NCBI GenBank assembly: GCA_026397175.1
Contig: JAPLVK010000013.1
Location: 8,232 to 72,231, forward strand
Reading direction: 5' to 3'
Length of the DNA: 64,000 nt
Origin: Candidatus Berkelbacteria bacterium
GTDB taxonomy: Bacteria > Patescibacteriota > UBA1384 > DTJR01
The notes beneath the pieces were generated by a model. That model saw only the letters and a list, made by a program, of their open reading frames with translations, made no database searches and was not told the origin of the DNA. Shown one piece after another: positions 50,961 through 59,652 of the stretch (position 1 is the stretch's first letter; each line of letters begins with the position of its first letter). The translations under genes were made by a program, and so were the position numbers.

Positions 50961-51779
50961 ATGGATTATATTTTGCCGGATTTGAATCTTCTCGAAATAA
51001 AAACAGCGACATCGGATGAGGAAAAAACGGGTATATTTACGATCGAACCATTATCACCCGGCTATGGAGTTACAATCGGCAATACTTTGAGAAGGATATT
51101 ATTGGCTTCACTTGAGGGTTATGCTATCAAGAAAGTCAAAATCGAAGGAGTTGATCACGAATATTCCACCATTAAAGGTATGAAAGAAGATGTTGTTGAT
51201 TTGATTTTAAACTTAAAGACAGCGAGATTTAAGTTAAATTCTGATGAAGCCGCAACATTGGAGCTTTCTGCAAAAGGTCCGAAAGTAGTTACAACTTCCG
51301 ACCTCAAACCAACATCGGAAGTAGATGTTGTCTCCGAGGACCAATATCTTTGCACGCTGGAAAAAGGTGCGAAATTAAATCTTGAAATTGAAGTTGACAA
51401 AGGCAGGGGATATGTTCCAGTCGAACGAAGAACAGACGAAAAAATGCCTATTGGAACAATTTTGGTTGACAGTATATACACCCCTGTTAAAAAAGTAAAA
51501 TATGATGTTGAGAATGCTCGTGTTGGTGGAATGACCAACTACAACCGTCTTGTGTTAGAAATAACGACAGATGGATCAGTTACTCCCGCCAAGGCCTTAT
51601 CAACAGCTGCCAAGATTATGGGTGAGCACTTGCAGATTATTGTTGAAGCAACGGATAATCAGAAAATAAAGGTTGAAAAAGCTCCGAGAAAAAAGAAGTC
51701 CCTAACTGTTCCGGAAAAGACAAGCAAGAAGCAAGCACAGAAAGTCGTTAAGGAGAAAACAAAAAAGAATGCTAAATAA
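50961..51779 (+). CDS. rpoA: RNA polymerase alpha subunit (no recognisable alpha-CTD)
   Basis: IEPL.PGYG.T.GN.LRR.LL, HEYSTI.G..EDV, GRGYVP, DS.YTPV..V, L.LEI.TDG; ATG at 50961. Confidence 0.96.
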   Translation: MDYILPDLNLLEIKTATSDEEKTGIFTIEPLSPGYGVTIGNTLRRILLASLEGYAIKKVKIEGVDHEYSTIKGMKEDVVDLILNLKTARFKLNSDEAATLELSAKGPKVVTTSDLKPTSEVDVVSEDQYLCTLEKGAKLNLEIEVDKGRGYVPVERRTDEKMPIGTILVDSIYTPVKKVKYDVENARVGGMTNYNRLVLEITTDGSVTPAKALSTAAKIMGEHLQIIVEATDNQKIKVEKAPRKKKSLTVPEKTSKKQAQKVVKEKTKKNAK

Positions 51780-52137
51780 ATTATCAAGAAAATCCCAGGT
51801 AAGAAGTAGGTTATTGATGAATCTGCTAACCTCCCTTGTTTTGTATGAACAAATATCGACGACCGAAGCAAAGGCAAAGGAATTAAAGAGAGTTGCGCAA
51901 AAATTCATTCATGATATTTCTTCGGACGACAATAACTTTAACATCGTAAGATTAATAAATAAAAATGTATATGGCGGAGCAAGGAAAAAGGCTTTTGATA
52001 TGAGAAAAGTCCTTGGCTCGGTCAAAATGTATAAAACAACCGAAAGAGTCGGCGACGGTTGTTTACAAGTTATCGTAAAATTAGAAACCAAAAAAGAAAA
52101 GAAAAATGAAGACAAATCCACAAAAACAACCAAATAA
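51769..52137 (+). CDS. rplQ: 50S ribosomal protein L17 (divergent)
   Basis: KLSR....R..L..NL..SL...E.I.TT.AKAKE, R.GDG. Confidence 0.88.
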   Translation: MLNKLSRKSQVRSRLLMNLLTSLVLYEQISTTEAKAKELKRVAQKFIHDISSDDNNFNIVRLINKNVYGGARKKAFDMRKVLGSVKMYKTTERVGDGCLQVIVKLETKKEKKNEDKSTKTTK

Positions 52138-52501
52138 AATTACTTACGACGCACAAGGGAAACCGTTAGGCAGAGCTGCTTCGGATGTGGCAAAAATTTT
52201 GATTGGAAAAGACAATGTGAACTATTCACCAAACAAAATTGAAAAATCAATGGTTGAAGTCAAAAATATTGAAGGGCTAATATTTACCGGAAAAAAGTTA
52301 ACCCAAAAAAAATATTACACCCACAGCGGTTATTTGGGAAATCTAAAGGAATTTACTTTAGAGGAAAAATTATCAAAAGGCCCAGAAAAGCTATTTGTTA
52401 AGACGGTCTCCGGAATGCTTGCGAAGAATCGTTTGCAAAAATTACAGATTAAAAGAATTAAATTTCTGAAAGAGACAAAGGTACCATATGAAGGAATATA
52501 A
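52106..52501 (+). CDS. rplM: 50S ribosomal protein L13
   Basis: DA....LGR.AS..A..L.GK, TG.KL.QK.YY.HSGY.G.LK, V.GML.KN.L. Confidence 0.95.
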   Translation: MKTNPQKQPNKITYDAQGKPLGRAASDVAKILIGKDNVNYSPNKIEKSMVEVKNIEGLIFTGKKLTQKKYYTHSGYLGNLKEFTLEEKLSKGPEKLFVKTVSGMLAKNRLQKLQIKRIKFLKETKVPYEGI

Positions 52502-52868
52502 TTTTGCGACTGGGAGAAGAAAAACGGCGATTGCTCAAGTTAGATTAAAAAAAGGCACAGGGAAGGTTTTGGATTTAAAAGGCAACGAAATAACTGACAG
52601 TGCGCAAGTATTTCAGGCGAATCTGCCATTAAAATTAATTTCAAAGGAAAACGACTTTGACATTACAGTCAGGGTTAACGGCGGCGGGAGAATTTCGCAG
52701 GCAGAAGCAATCCGCCTTGGTGTTGCAAGGGCTATAGCAAAAATAGATCCGGACTACGAAAAAATGATGAAAAAGGAAAATTTTCTATCAAGAGATCCGC
52801 GAGAGAAGGAAAGAAAGAAACCCGGTCTTAGACGAGCTAGGCGCGCTCCGCAGTGGGCAAAACGATAA
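52488..52868 (+). CDS. rpsI: 30S ribosomal protein S9
   Basis: TGRRK.A.A.V, GGG...QA.AIR.G.ARA, RD.R.KERKK.G...AR..PQ..KR. Confidence 0.97.
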   Translation: MKEYNFATGRRKTAIAQVRLKKGTGKVLDLKGNEITDSAQVFQANLPLKLISKENDFDITVRVNGGGRISQAEAIRLGVARAIAKIDPDYEKMMKKENFLSRDPREKERKKPGLRRARRAPQWAKR

Positions 52869-52878
52869 TACATAGAAG

Positions 52879-53181
52879 ATGAAGGAGAATATTAAGCATA
52901 ATCGAATGGCACAATATTTACGCCATTGTATTGATTTGTATTTAAGTGAAAATTCAGAATTCGTAGGATTTTCATATGTATTAACTATCGATCTTTCAGA
53001 GGATCAGAAAAATGCAAATGTCTTTATTGCATTGGACGAAAAGCAAAATATAGCAATTGTTCAAAAAAAGATTTTATCAGACAAAAAAAGAATTGTTGAA
53101 ATTTCAGATAAATATTTTAGCTCGAGAAACTTTCCAAAAATTAACTATAAATTTTTAAAAAACGATGAGTTTGATTTTTAG
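52879..53181 (+). CDS. rbfA: Ribosome-binding factor A (divergent)
   Basis: R....L, V..IDLS.D.KNA.VFI and R.FP.I.Y patterns of RbfA. Confidence 0.6.
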   Translation: MKENIKHNRMAQYLRHCIDLYLSENSEFVGFSYVLTIDLSEDQKNANVFIALDEKQNIAIVQKKILSDKKRIVEISDKYFSSRNFPKINYKFLKNDEFDF

Positions 53182-53536
53182 TTTATTTTCAATTTTATTG
53201 GTCTCTGCCGGAACATCTTTCGTTATTTTTTTTAATAGCGACCCCTATAAATCACAATTTATAACCTATGCAATATTCTATATATCAAGCTTATTGGCAA
53301 TCTTTTCGTTTATCGTTCTTTTAATTATCCTTTACAAGAAGTTTGTAAAAAAATCTGATTTTTTCAAAATTAAGAAGACCATAAGACGAGTTTTTCTTTT
53401 AACATTCTTCCTAATAACAATCGCATTCTTTTCATCTATACATGTTTTAAGCTTTGTTAGTGCGTTTTCATTTTTGTTGGCAATATTCTTGCTTGAACTT
53501 TTTTTCGTGAGCAAGGATAGAGAAGAAAAAAAATGA
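53165..53536 (+). CDS. 4-TM membrane protein
   Basis: Four hydrophobic segments with a DP turn and an RR motif. Confidence 0.7.
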   Translation: MSLIFSLFSILLVSAGTSFVIFFNSDPYKSQFITYAIFYISSLLAIFSFIVLLIILYKKFVKKSDFFKIKKTIRRVFLLTFFLITIAFFSSIHVLSFVSAFSFLLAIFLLELFFVSKDREEKK

Positions 53537-54462
53537 AAAAAATATTTTTCATTATCGCTTTAACTCTAATTTGCATTTCAATAACCTACTATTTATTTAA
53601 TCATTCAAAAAAACCGGGAAGTATTTTGGGAACCTCCATCAACAATTTCTATCAGGGAAAAGAGATTAAAATTTCCCAGATACCACAAAAAAAGAACCTG
53701 ACCAAAGATCCTACTATAAACGCAGAATCGACAGTTCTGATTAATGAGCCAGATAAGTATGTGTTGTTTGGAAAAAACGAGGACAATCCAGTTGCTATTG
53801 CAAGTGTTACGAAAATCATGACAGCTACGATAGCACTTGAAATTTACAAACCGACAGATATTGTCGAGATAAAAAAAGAAAATACTGAAATTAATGGATC
53901 TAAGGTTTTCCTAAAAGAAGGTGAAAAGTTAACGGTTGAAGATTTGATGTATTGCCTGCTTTTAAATTCGGGGAATGATGCCGCTAAAACACTCGGAAAT
54001 ACGAAGATCACAGAAAAGGAATTTGTGGGTTTGATGAACAAAAAAGCGACCGAATTAGGCCTGACAAATACACATTTTATGGACACAGCCGGCCTGGATG
54101 ACACAGGCCACTCATCGGCAAGGGATATAGCAATTTTATTTTCTTATGCTCTTAAGAATCCGGAATTTAAAAAAATCGTTTCCACTGCAGAAAAACAAGT
54201 AATATCCCAGGATAAGTCCCAAACACACGATTTAAAAAATTCAAATCGTCTTACTACAGGCGAAATACCGCTCGATGGAGTAATCGGTGGAAAAACCGGT
54301 TTTACACCTGACGCCGGGCACACTCTCGTAACGGCTGCTTCAAAAGATGGTCACACTATCATAGGTGTAGTTTTAAAAACGGACTCAGACACCGCTCCGG
54401 CAAGCGCGATTGAAATGCAAAAACTTCTCGAGTGGGGATTTAATTCATACGATTTTAAATAA
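53533..54462 (+). CDS. D-alanyl-D-alanine carboxypeptidase (peptidase S11)
   Basis: ASVTK (SxxK), SGN (SxN), KTG; N-terminal membrane anchor. Confidence 0.92.
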   Translation: MKKIFFIIALTLICISITYYLFNHSKKPGSILGTSINNFYQGKEIKISQIPQKKNLTKDPTINAESTVLINEPDKYVLFGKNEDNPVAIASVTKIMTATIALEIYKPTDIVEIKKENTEINGSKVFLKEGEKLTVEDLMYCLLLNSGNDAAKTLGNTKITEKEFVGLMNKKATELGLTNTHFMDTAGLDDTGHSSARDIAILFSYALKNPEFKKIVSTAEKQVISQDKSQTHDLKNSNRLTTGEIPLDGVIGGKTGFTPDAGHTLVTAASKDGHTIIGVVLKTDSDTAPASAIEMQKLLEWGFNSYDFK

Positions 54463-54463
54463 C

Positions 54464-54492
54464 TTGACGATCGTACATCTTCTTGTTAGAGT
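54464..54492 (+). promoter_or_regulatory. sigma70-type promoter of the PaaX-like gene
   Basis: TTGACG-17 bp-TAGAGT. Confidence 0.55.
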
Positions 54493-54520
54493 ACTAAGGA
54501 CAAAATAGGGTTCAAAAACT

Positions 54521-55228
54521 ATGAATATTTCTCCTCTGTATGAATTATTGATTTTCATCGAAGATCGCGGTTCGGTCTCAATTTCAGATATCCAAAAATG
54601 GGGCAAGGAGCTATCCAGGGGGATATTGGGTAAAATGGAAGCCATGAAATTAATCGATAAAAAAGAGACACCGGAAAAACAATACTCCCTTTCGGACTCT
54701 GGGCATAAGTTTCTAAATTCGGTCTTGGATACAATTCACAGGCCTGTGTTACACTGGGACTCAAAGTGGAGATTCGTTTGGTTTTCGATTCCGGAAAAGA
54801 CAAGATCAAAAAGAGACAAATTCAGGAGGTTTTTAGAGGGAATCGGTATGAAGCCAATCCTTAATAGTTTGTGGGTTGGAGCGATTGATCAAAAACAAAT
54901 AATTTTAAATGAAATTTCCAGATTGAATATCCAAGACAGAATATTATTTGTTGAAACGGAAAATCCGTCAGGGATATCCAAGAAAGATATATTAAATGGC
55001 TGGGATTTTGAAACTTCAAGATCGCATTACGAAGAATTTATCGTGAAATGTAATGAATATTTCCCGGATAGTTATAAAGATAGTTATAAAACCAAAAAAC
55101 TCATTTTCGAGTATGCTTTAATTTTAAACACAGAGCCAAATTTACCAATCGAACTCTTGCCTGATAACTGGCCGAAATTTAGAGCCCAACTTCAGTATAA
55201 AAAAATTAAAAGATTATTGGTTAAATAA
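54521..55228 (+). CDS. PaaX-family transcriptional regulator (wHTH + central domain + PaaX C-terminus)
   Basis: Y.LS..G, WD.KWR.V.FSIPE..R..RD..R..L...G......SLW, EP.LP.ELLP..WP. Confidence 0.82.
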   Translation: MNISPLYELLIFIEDRGSVSISDIQKWGKELSRGILGKMEAMKLIDKKETPEKQYSLSDSGHKFLNSVLDTIHRPVLHWDSKWRFVWFSIPEKTRSKRDKFRRFLEGIGMKPILNSLWVGAIDQKQIILNEISRLNIQDRILFVETENPSGISKKDILNGWDFETSRSHYEEFIVKCNEYFPDSYKDSYKTKKLIFEYALILNTEPNLPIELLPDNWPKFRAQLQYKKIKRLLVK

Positions 55229-55921
55229 TTTTTTTAAGGCCTCTTTTGCAGCTTCTTGTTCAGCGATATTTTTTGAGCTTCCACTCCCTTTTGCTATCTC
55301 ATCGTTATCTACAATCACAGTGCTCGTGAACTCTTTGTCGTGGTCCGGCCCCAATTCACTAATAACTTTATAATGGGGCGTTACCTTAAATTTTTCTTGA
55401 ACTTTTTCCTGAAAATTGCTTTTAGCGTCAACATAAAGTTTCTCGTCGATCACTTTTTCTATATCAATCGCAATATTTTTTATAATAAAATTTCTGGTAG
55501 CTTCAATGCCCTGATCTAGGTATATAGCCCCTATAATTGCTTCAAGAGCATTGGCCAAAATTAGTCCTTTAGCTTTTTCGGATGAATTTCTTTCGCCTCT
55601 GCTTAAATACAAACAGTCGTAAACCCCCAATCCTTCTGAAGTTAGTGCTAGATTTCTGCCTCTAACCAAAGCACTCCGAAGTGCGGTAAGCTCTCCTTCC
55701 GGTTTTTCAAACCTGTTATACAGATATTCTGTAATGATTAGCTCTAGTACGGCATCGCCTAAAAACTCTAACCGTTCATTGTTTTTTAGATTCATTCTAG
55801 AGTTTTCATTTAAATATGATCTATGCACAAAAGCATTAACCAATATGTCAAAATTATTAAATTTTAGCTCATTGGCTTTTGCGAATTTTTCAATTTTTGT
55901 TTTATTTTTGTCTTCGTTCAT
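55214..55921 (-). CDS. rnc: Ribonuclease III
   Basis: [14 protein letters not shown] signature and a C-terminal dsRBD. Confidence 0.97.
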   Translation of the reverse strand: MNEDKNKTKIEKFAKANELKFNNFDILVNAFVHRSYLNENSRMNLKNNERLEFLGDAVLELIITEYLYNRFEKPEGELTALRSALVRGRNLALTSEGLGVYDCLYLSRGERNSSEKAKGLILANALEAIIGAIYLDQGIEATRNFIIKNIAIDIEKVIDEKLYVDAKSNFQEKVQEKFKVTPHYKVISELGPDHDKEFTSTVIVDNDEIAKGSGSSKNIAEQEAAKEALKKLFNQ

Positions 55922-56358
55922 TTGTTTTCAGTTAATTTGTCATCTTCTTCTTTGAATTTATCGCTTTTTCTATAAACCGTTCCCAGTACTCCGTTAATAA
56001 ATTTTGATGATGTGTCGGAGCCAAATGTCTTTGCCAGCTCAATCGCTTCATTAATTACAACCTTTGGCGGAGTATCAAAATGTTTTAACTCACATATAGA
56101 TAATCTTAGTATGTTTCTATCTATCATTGCCACTTGATCAATTGGCCAGTCGGGCGCTATCTCCTCGATTGTTTTGTCTATATCAATTTCACCGCTTAAA
56201 ACCTTCTCCAGAAGCTCTTTGGCAAAGTCGGTATTTTCTTCCGACTCATCAATGTTTTCCAGATGTCTTTTAAAAATCTCAAGAACATTATCAGAGCCCC
56301 TGAAATCAGCTTCATAAAGTGACTGGAGAGCGATAACGCGTGCGTAATGCCTATTCAT
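55918..56358 (-). CDS. nusB: Transcription antitermination factor NusB
   Basis: [30 protein letters not shown]. Confidence 0.96.
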   Translation of the reverse strand: MNRHYARVIALQSLYEADFRGSDNVLEIFKRHLENIDESEENTDFAKELLEKVLSGEIDIDKTIEEIAPDWPIDQVAMIDRNILRLSICELKHFDTPPKVVINEAIELAKTFGSDTSSKFINGVLGTVYRKSDKFKEEDDKLTENK

Positions 56359-56575
56359 CTTTAGTTTGTTCTTGGATTTTTTTCTCTTTGATTTTCTCGT
56401 CTTTTAATTTAACAATCTTGACGCCCTTAAAATACCCGCAGTTTTGGCAAATTCGGTGAGGAACAACTGATTGCTTACAATTCGAACAAACACTATATGA
56501 TTTCTTCTGCAAAGCATCGTGACTTTGCCTGTTACCGCTTCTTGTGCTAGTGAGCCGTTTCTTTGGTTCTGCCAT
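56351..56575 (-). CDS. rpmF: 50S ribosomal protein L32
   Basis: MA.PKKR....R...R.SH, CSNC....PHR.C..CG.F.G. Confidence 0.93.
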   Translation of the reverse strand: MAEPKKRLTSTRSGNRQSHDALQKKSYSVCSNCKQSVVPHRICQNCGYFKGVKIVKLKDEKIKEKKIQEQTKDE

Positions 56576-56598
56576 TATATCTTCCTTTTAATATTTTT

Positions 56599-59457
56599 TT
56601 AAACTACAAAATTAATTAGTTTTTTTTCAACAAAAATTATCTTCTTTATTTTATCTCTTTTTACCTCAAATGCAATTTTTTTCTGACCTAGCACTAAATT
56701 CTCAATCTCTTTTCGGTCTAAATTTTTGTTTATTTCCAACACCGCTTTTCTTTTACCGTTTATCTGGACAACAAGGTTGTAATTTTGTTGTTCGATATTT
56801 TGCGCCTCTGGCCACAAGCTTGAAAAAATCGAGTTTGAATTTGAGTTTTCTAGCCATAATTTTTCCGATAGATGCGGCGCAAAAGGGGATAGTAGTTTAA
56901 GAAAAACATCCCACTGCTCTTTATTCATTTTGGTTAACTCAACGGTTTTAGCAAACTTCATAAAATCCGAGACCGCGGTGTTGAATAGTGACTTTTCAAT
57001 TTTTTGAGTAATTAAATTAATTAATTGAGAAAGATTCGTACCTATTGTTTCGTCTTTTTTGTTATTTTTTTCAAAGCTCAAACAAACATTCTCCAAAAAT
57101 CTAGAAACACCCGTTATTCCGTTTTTTGCCCAGACGGCCGGTTGATCAAAAGGGCCAATGAACATTTCGTACATCCTTAAAGAGTCAGCACCAAATTGTC
57201 CAATTATTTCTTCCGGACTTATTACATTTCCTCTGGACTTTGACATCTTCTGGCGATCTGGCGCCAATATCAGGCCAACATTTTTTAGCTTTTTAAATGG
57301 CTCTTTAAAATTTACAACTTTTAAATCAAATAAAAATTTATGCCAAAATCTTGCGTAAAGTAGATGTAACACTGCGTGTTCCGCTCCACCAATATACAAA
57401 TCAATCGGAGAAAAGTACTTATCCGCTTCATTTGAGATTAATTTATTGTCGTTCTTGGGATCTGTGAAACGAAGGTAATACCAGCACGAGCCGGCCCATT
57501 GCGGCATTGTATCGGTTTCTCTTTTGGCTTCGCTCCCACATTTGGGGCACTTTGTATTTACCCAACTTTCAACTCTACTTAACGGGGAGGTTCCATCGCC
57601 CGAGGGCTCATAATTTTCAATTTCCGGTAACTTAACTGGCAACTGGTCTTCCGGAACCGCAACGACGCCCTGCCCCGAGGGGTCTCGAAGGGCACATTTT
57701 TTGCAGTGAACAATTGGGATTGGTTCGCCCCAATAGCGTTGTCTGGAAAATACCCAGTCGCGAAGTTTGTAATTGATCGCAAAATCTCCGTGGCCTGATT
57801 TTCTTAGTTTTTCGGTTATTTTTCTTTTGGCAGTTTCGGAATCTGATCCATTAAAACTGTTTGAGTTGATTAGAATTCCGTGATCTTCAAAAGCATTTTC
57901 CGGATTACTAAATCGATCAAGCCAAATATTAAATTCGGAGCATTTAAGATTTCCGTCATTTTTTATTTCCTCCCAGGTTTTCCAAACGAGCTGATGAATT
58001 GCCGATTCCTTATCGCTTATCTGATCCTTTTCTTCATCAAGTAATTCAAATACCAATGCTTGGAAGTGGGCTTTGCGATTTTCCTTTTTGTGATTAGCAT
58101 AAAAATTTGAATCAACCAGCCCACCAAGTTTCCGAATAAATTTAAGATTTTTATAGCCTGTTTCCTCGTAGATTTCTCTTTTTGCTGCTTCAGTTGCGTC
58201 TTCGCCATCATCGATTCCGCCGGTGATAAAAGTGGTCCAAGGCTGTTTCTGCCAACATAATGTCAGAATTTTATTATTATTTGGATTGATTACAATTGCC
58301 TGAATTGCATTTCTAAAAACCACCGGCTCGTCGGGCTTTGGCGGATCTATCGGATCGGTTACAGTCGGAATAACTACTTCTTTGATCAGTAAATTATATT
58401 TCTTGGCAAATTCAAAATCGCGCTGGTCATGTGCGGGGACGGCCATTACGGCACCAGTACCATAATGAGCTAGCACATAATCGGCAATCCAAACTGGCAC
58501 CTCTTTTCCATTAATTGGATTGACTGCCCTTAAACCCCTTAACTCGACACCGGTTTTTTCTTTCGCCAGTTCTGTCCGTTCCAAATCAGATTTATTTTTT
58601 GATTTTTCAATATATTCCTTGACTTCATTCAGATTTTCGATTTTGGATTCCAATTGCTTTACTAAATCATTTTCCGGCGCCAGCACAACCCAAGTGCAAC
58701 CAAAAAGAGTGTCGGCCCGAGTTGTATAAACCTTGATTTGTAATTTGGAATTAGAAATTTGAAATTTGATTTCACTACCCTCTGACCGGCCGATCCAATT
58801 TTTTTGCATCTCCTTTATGGGTTCGGGCCAATCAAGATCTTCCAAATCATTTAATAGTCGATCCGCATAATCGGTTATTTTTAAAATCCATTGTTTCAAA
58901 TTCTTGCGTTCAACTTTGGTATGACATCGTTCGCATTCTCCGGACTGGACTTCTTCGTTTGCCAAACCGGTTTTGCATGACGGGCAAAAATTAATTGGAA
59001 TTTCATCTTGGTAGGCGAGACCTTTTTCAAAAAGTTTTATAAAAATCCACTGCGTCCATTTGTAATATTCCGGATCGGTTGTGTTGATTTCCCTAGACCA
59101 ATCATAGGAAAATCCCAAGGACTGCAATTGACCTTTAAACTTTGCAATATTTTGGGCGACAACTTCTTTGGGATTCTTCTTGATTTTTATGGCATAATTT
59201 TCGGCCGGAAGACCAAACGCATCCCAACCCATGGGATGTAAAACATTAAAACCCTTCATCCGCATATAGTTTGCGACGATGTCTGTCGCGGTATAACCCT
59301 TGATGTGGCCAACATGTAAACCATCGCCGGAAGGATAGGGGAACATATCAAGTACATAAAATTTCTTACGGCTTGAGTCATTTTTTGTCTCAAAGACCTT
59401 GCTTTTTGCCCAAAAATCTTGGGAGTTCTTTTCTATTTTTTTAAAATCATATTTCAT
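56599..59457 (-). CDS. leuS: Leucyl-tRNA synthetase with an inserted NUDIX domain
   Basis: MFPYPSG.GLHVGH, GTGAVMAVPAHD.RD, RDW.FSRQRYWGEPIP, KMSKS. Confidence 0.97.
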   Translation of the reverse strand: MKYDFKKIEKNSQDFWAKSKVFETKNDSSRKKFYVLDMFPYPSGDGLHVGHIKGYTATDIVANYMRMKGFNVLHPMGWDAFGLPAENYAIKIKKNPKEVVAQNIAKFKGQLQSLGFSYDWSREINTTDPEYYKWTQWIFIKLFEKGLAYQDEIPINFCPSCKTGLANEEVQSGECERCHTKVERKNLKQWILKITDYADRLLNDLEDLDWPEPIKEMQKNWIGRSEGSEIKFQISNSKLQIKVYTTRADTLFGCTWVVLAPENDLVKQLESKIENLNEVKEYIEKSKNKSDLERTELAKEKTGVELRGLRAVNPINGKEVPVWIADYVLAHYGTGAVMAVPAHDQRDFEFAKKYNLLIKEVVIPTVTDPIDPPKPDEPVVFRNAIQAIVINPNNNKILTLCWQKQPWTTFITGGIDDGEDATEAAKREIYEETGYKNLKFIRKLGGLVDSNFYANHKKENRKAHFQALVFELLDEEKDQISDKESAIHQLVWKTWEEIKNDGNLKCSEFNIWLDRFSNPENAFEDHGILINSNSFNGSDSETAKRKITEKLRKSGHGDFAINYKLRDWVFSRQRYWGEPIPIVHCKKCALRDPSGQGVVAVPEDQLPVKLPEIENYEPSGDGTSPLSRVESWVNTKCPKCGSEAKRETDTMPQWAGSCWYYLRFTDPKNDNKLISNEADKYFSPIDLYIGGAEHAVLHLLYARFWHKFLFDLKVVNFKEPFKKLKNVGLILAPDRQKMSKSRGNVISPEEIIGQFGADSLRMYEMFIGPFDQPAVWAKNGITGVSRFLENVCLSFEKNNKKDETIGTNLSQLINLITQKIEKSLFNTAVSDFMKFAKTVELTKMNKEQWDVFLKLLSPFAPHLSEKLWLENSNSNSIFSSLWPEAQNIEQQNYNLVVQINGKRKAVLEINKNLDRKEIENLVLGQKKIAFEVKRDKIKKIIFVEKKLINFVV

Positions 59458-59549
59458 ATTTCAATACCTACTCTTTAATGTGAAATTTTTAATTTGCAAA
59501 TGGCCTGCCATGAGCGATCCGTCCCGCTTTAGCGGGACAGGAAGCCGAA

Positions 59550-59625
59550 TGGTGGACCCGACAAGATTCGAACTTGCGACCTCTTCCATGCCATGGAAGC
59601 GCTCTACCAGCTAAGCTACGGGCCC
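59550..59625 (-). tRNA. tRNA-Ala(GGC)
   Basis: GGGCCCG/CGGGTCC acceptor stem with G3:U70, anticodon arm CTTCC-ATGGCAT-GGAAG, CCA. Confidence 0.96.
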
Positions 59626-59652
59626 GCTCGTCCCCCAACGCTAAGAATCTTA

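Noticed and set aside
54521-55228. cas2 (the central domain is Cas2-like)
   Set aside because: It has the full PaaX architecture with a wHTH and a PaaX C-terminal motif, in a housekeeping context.
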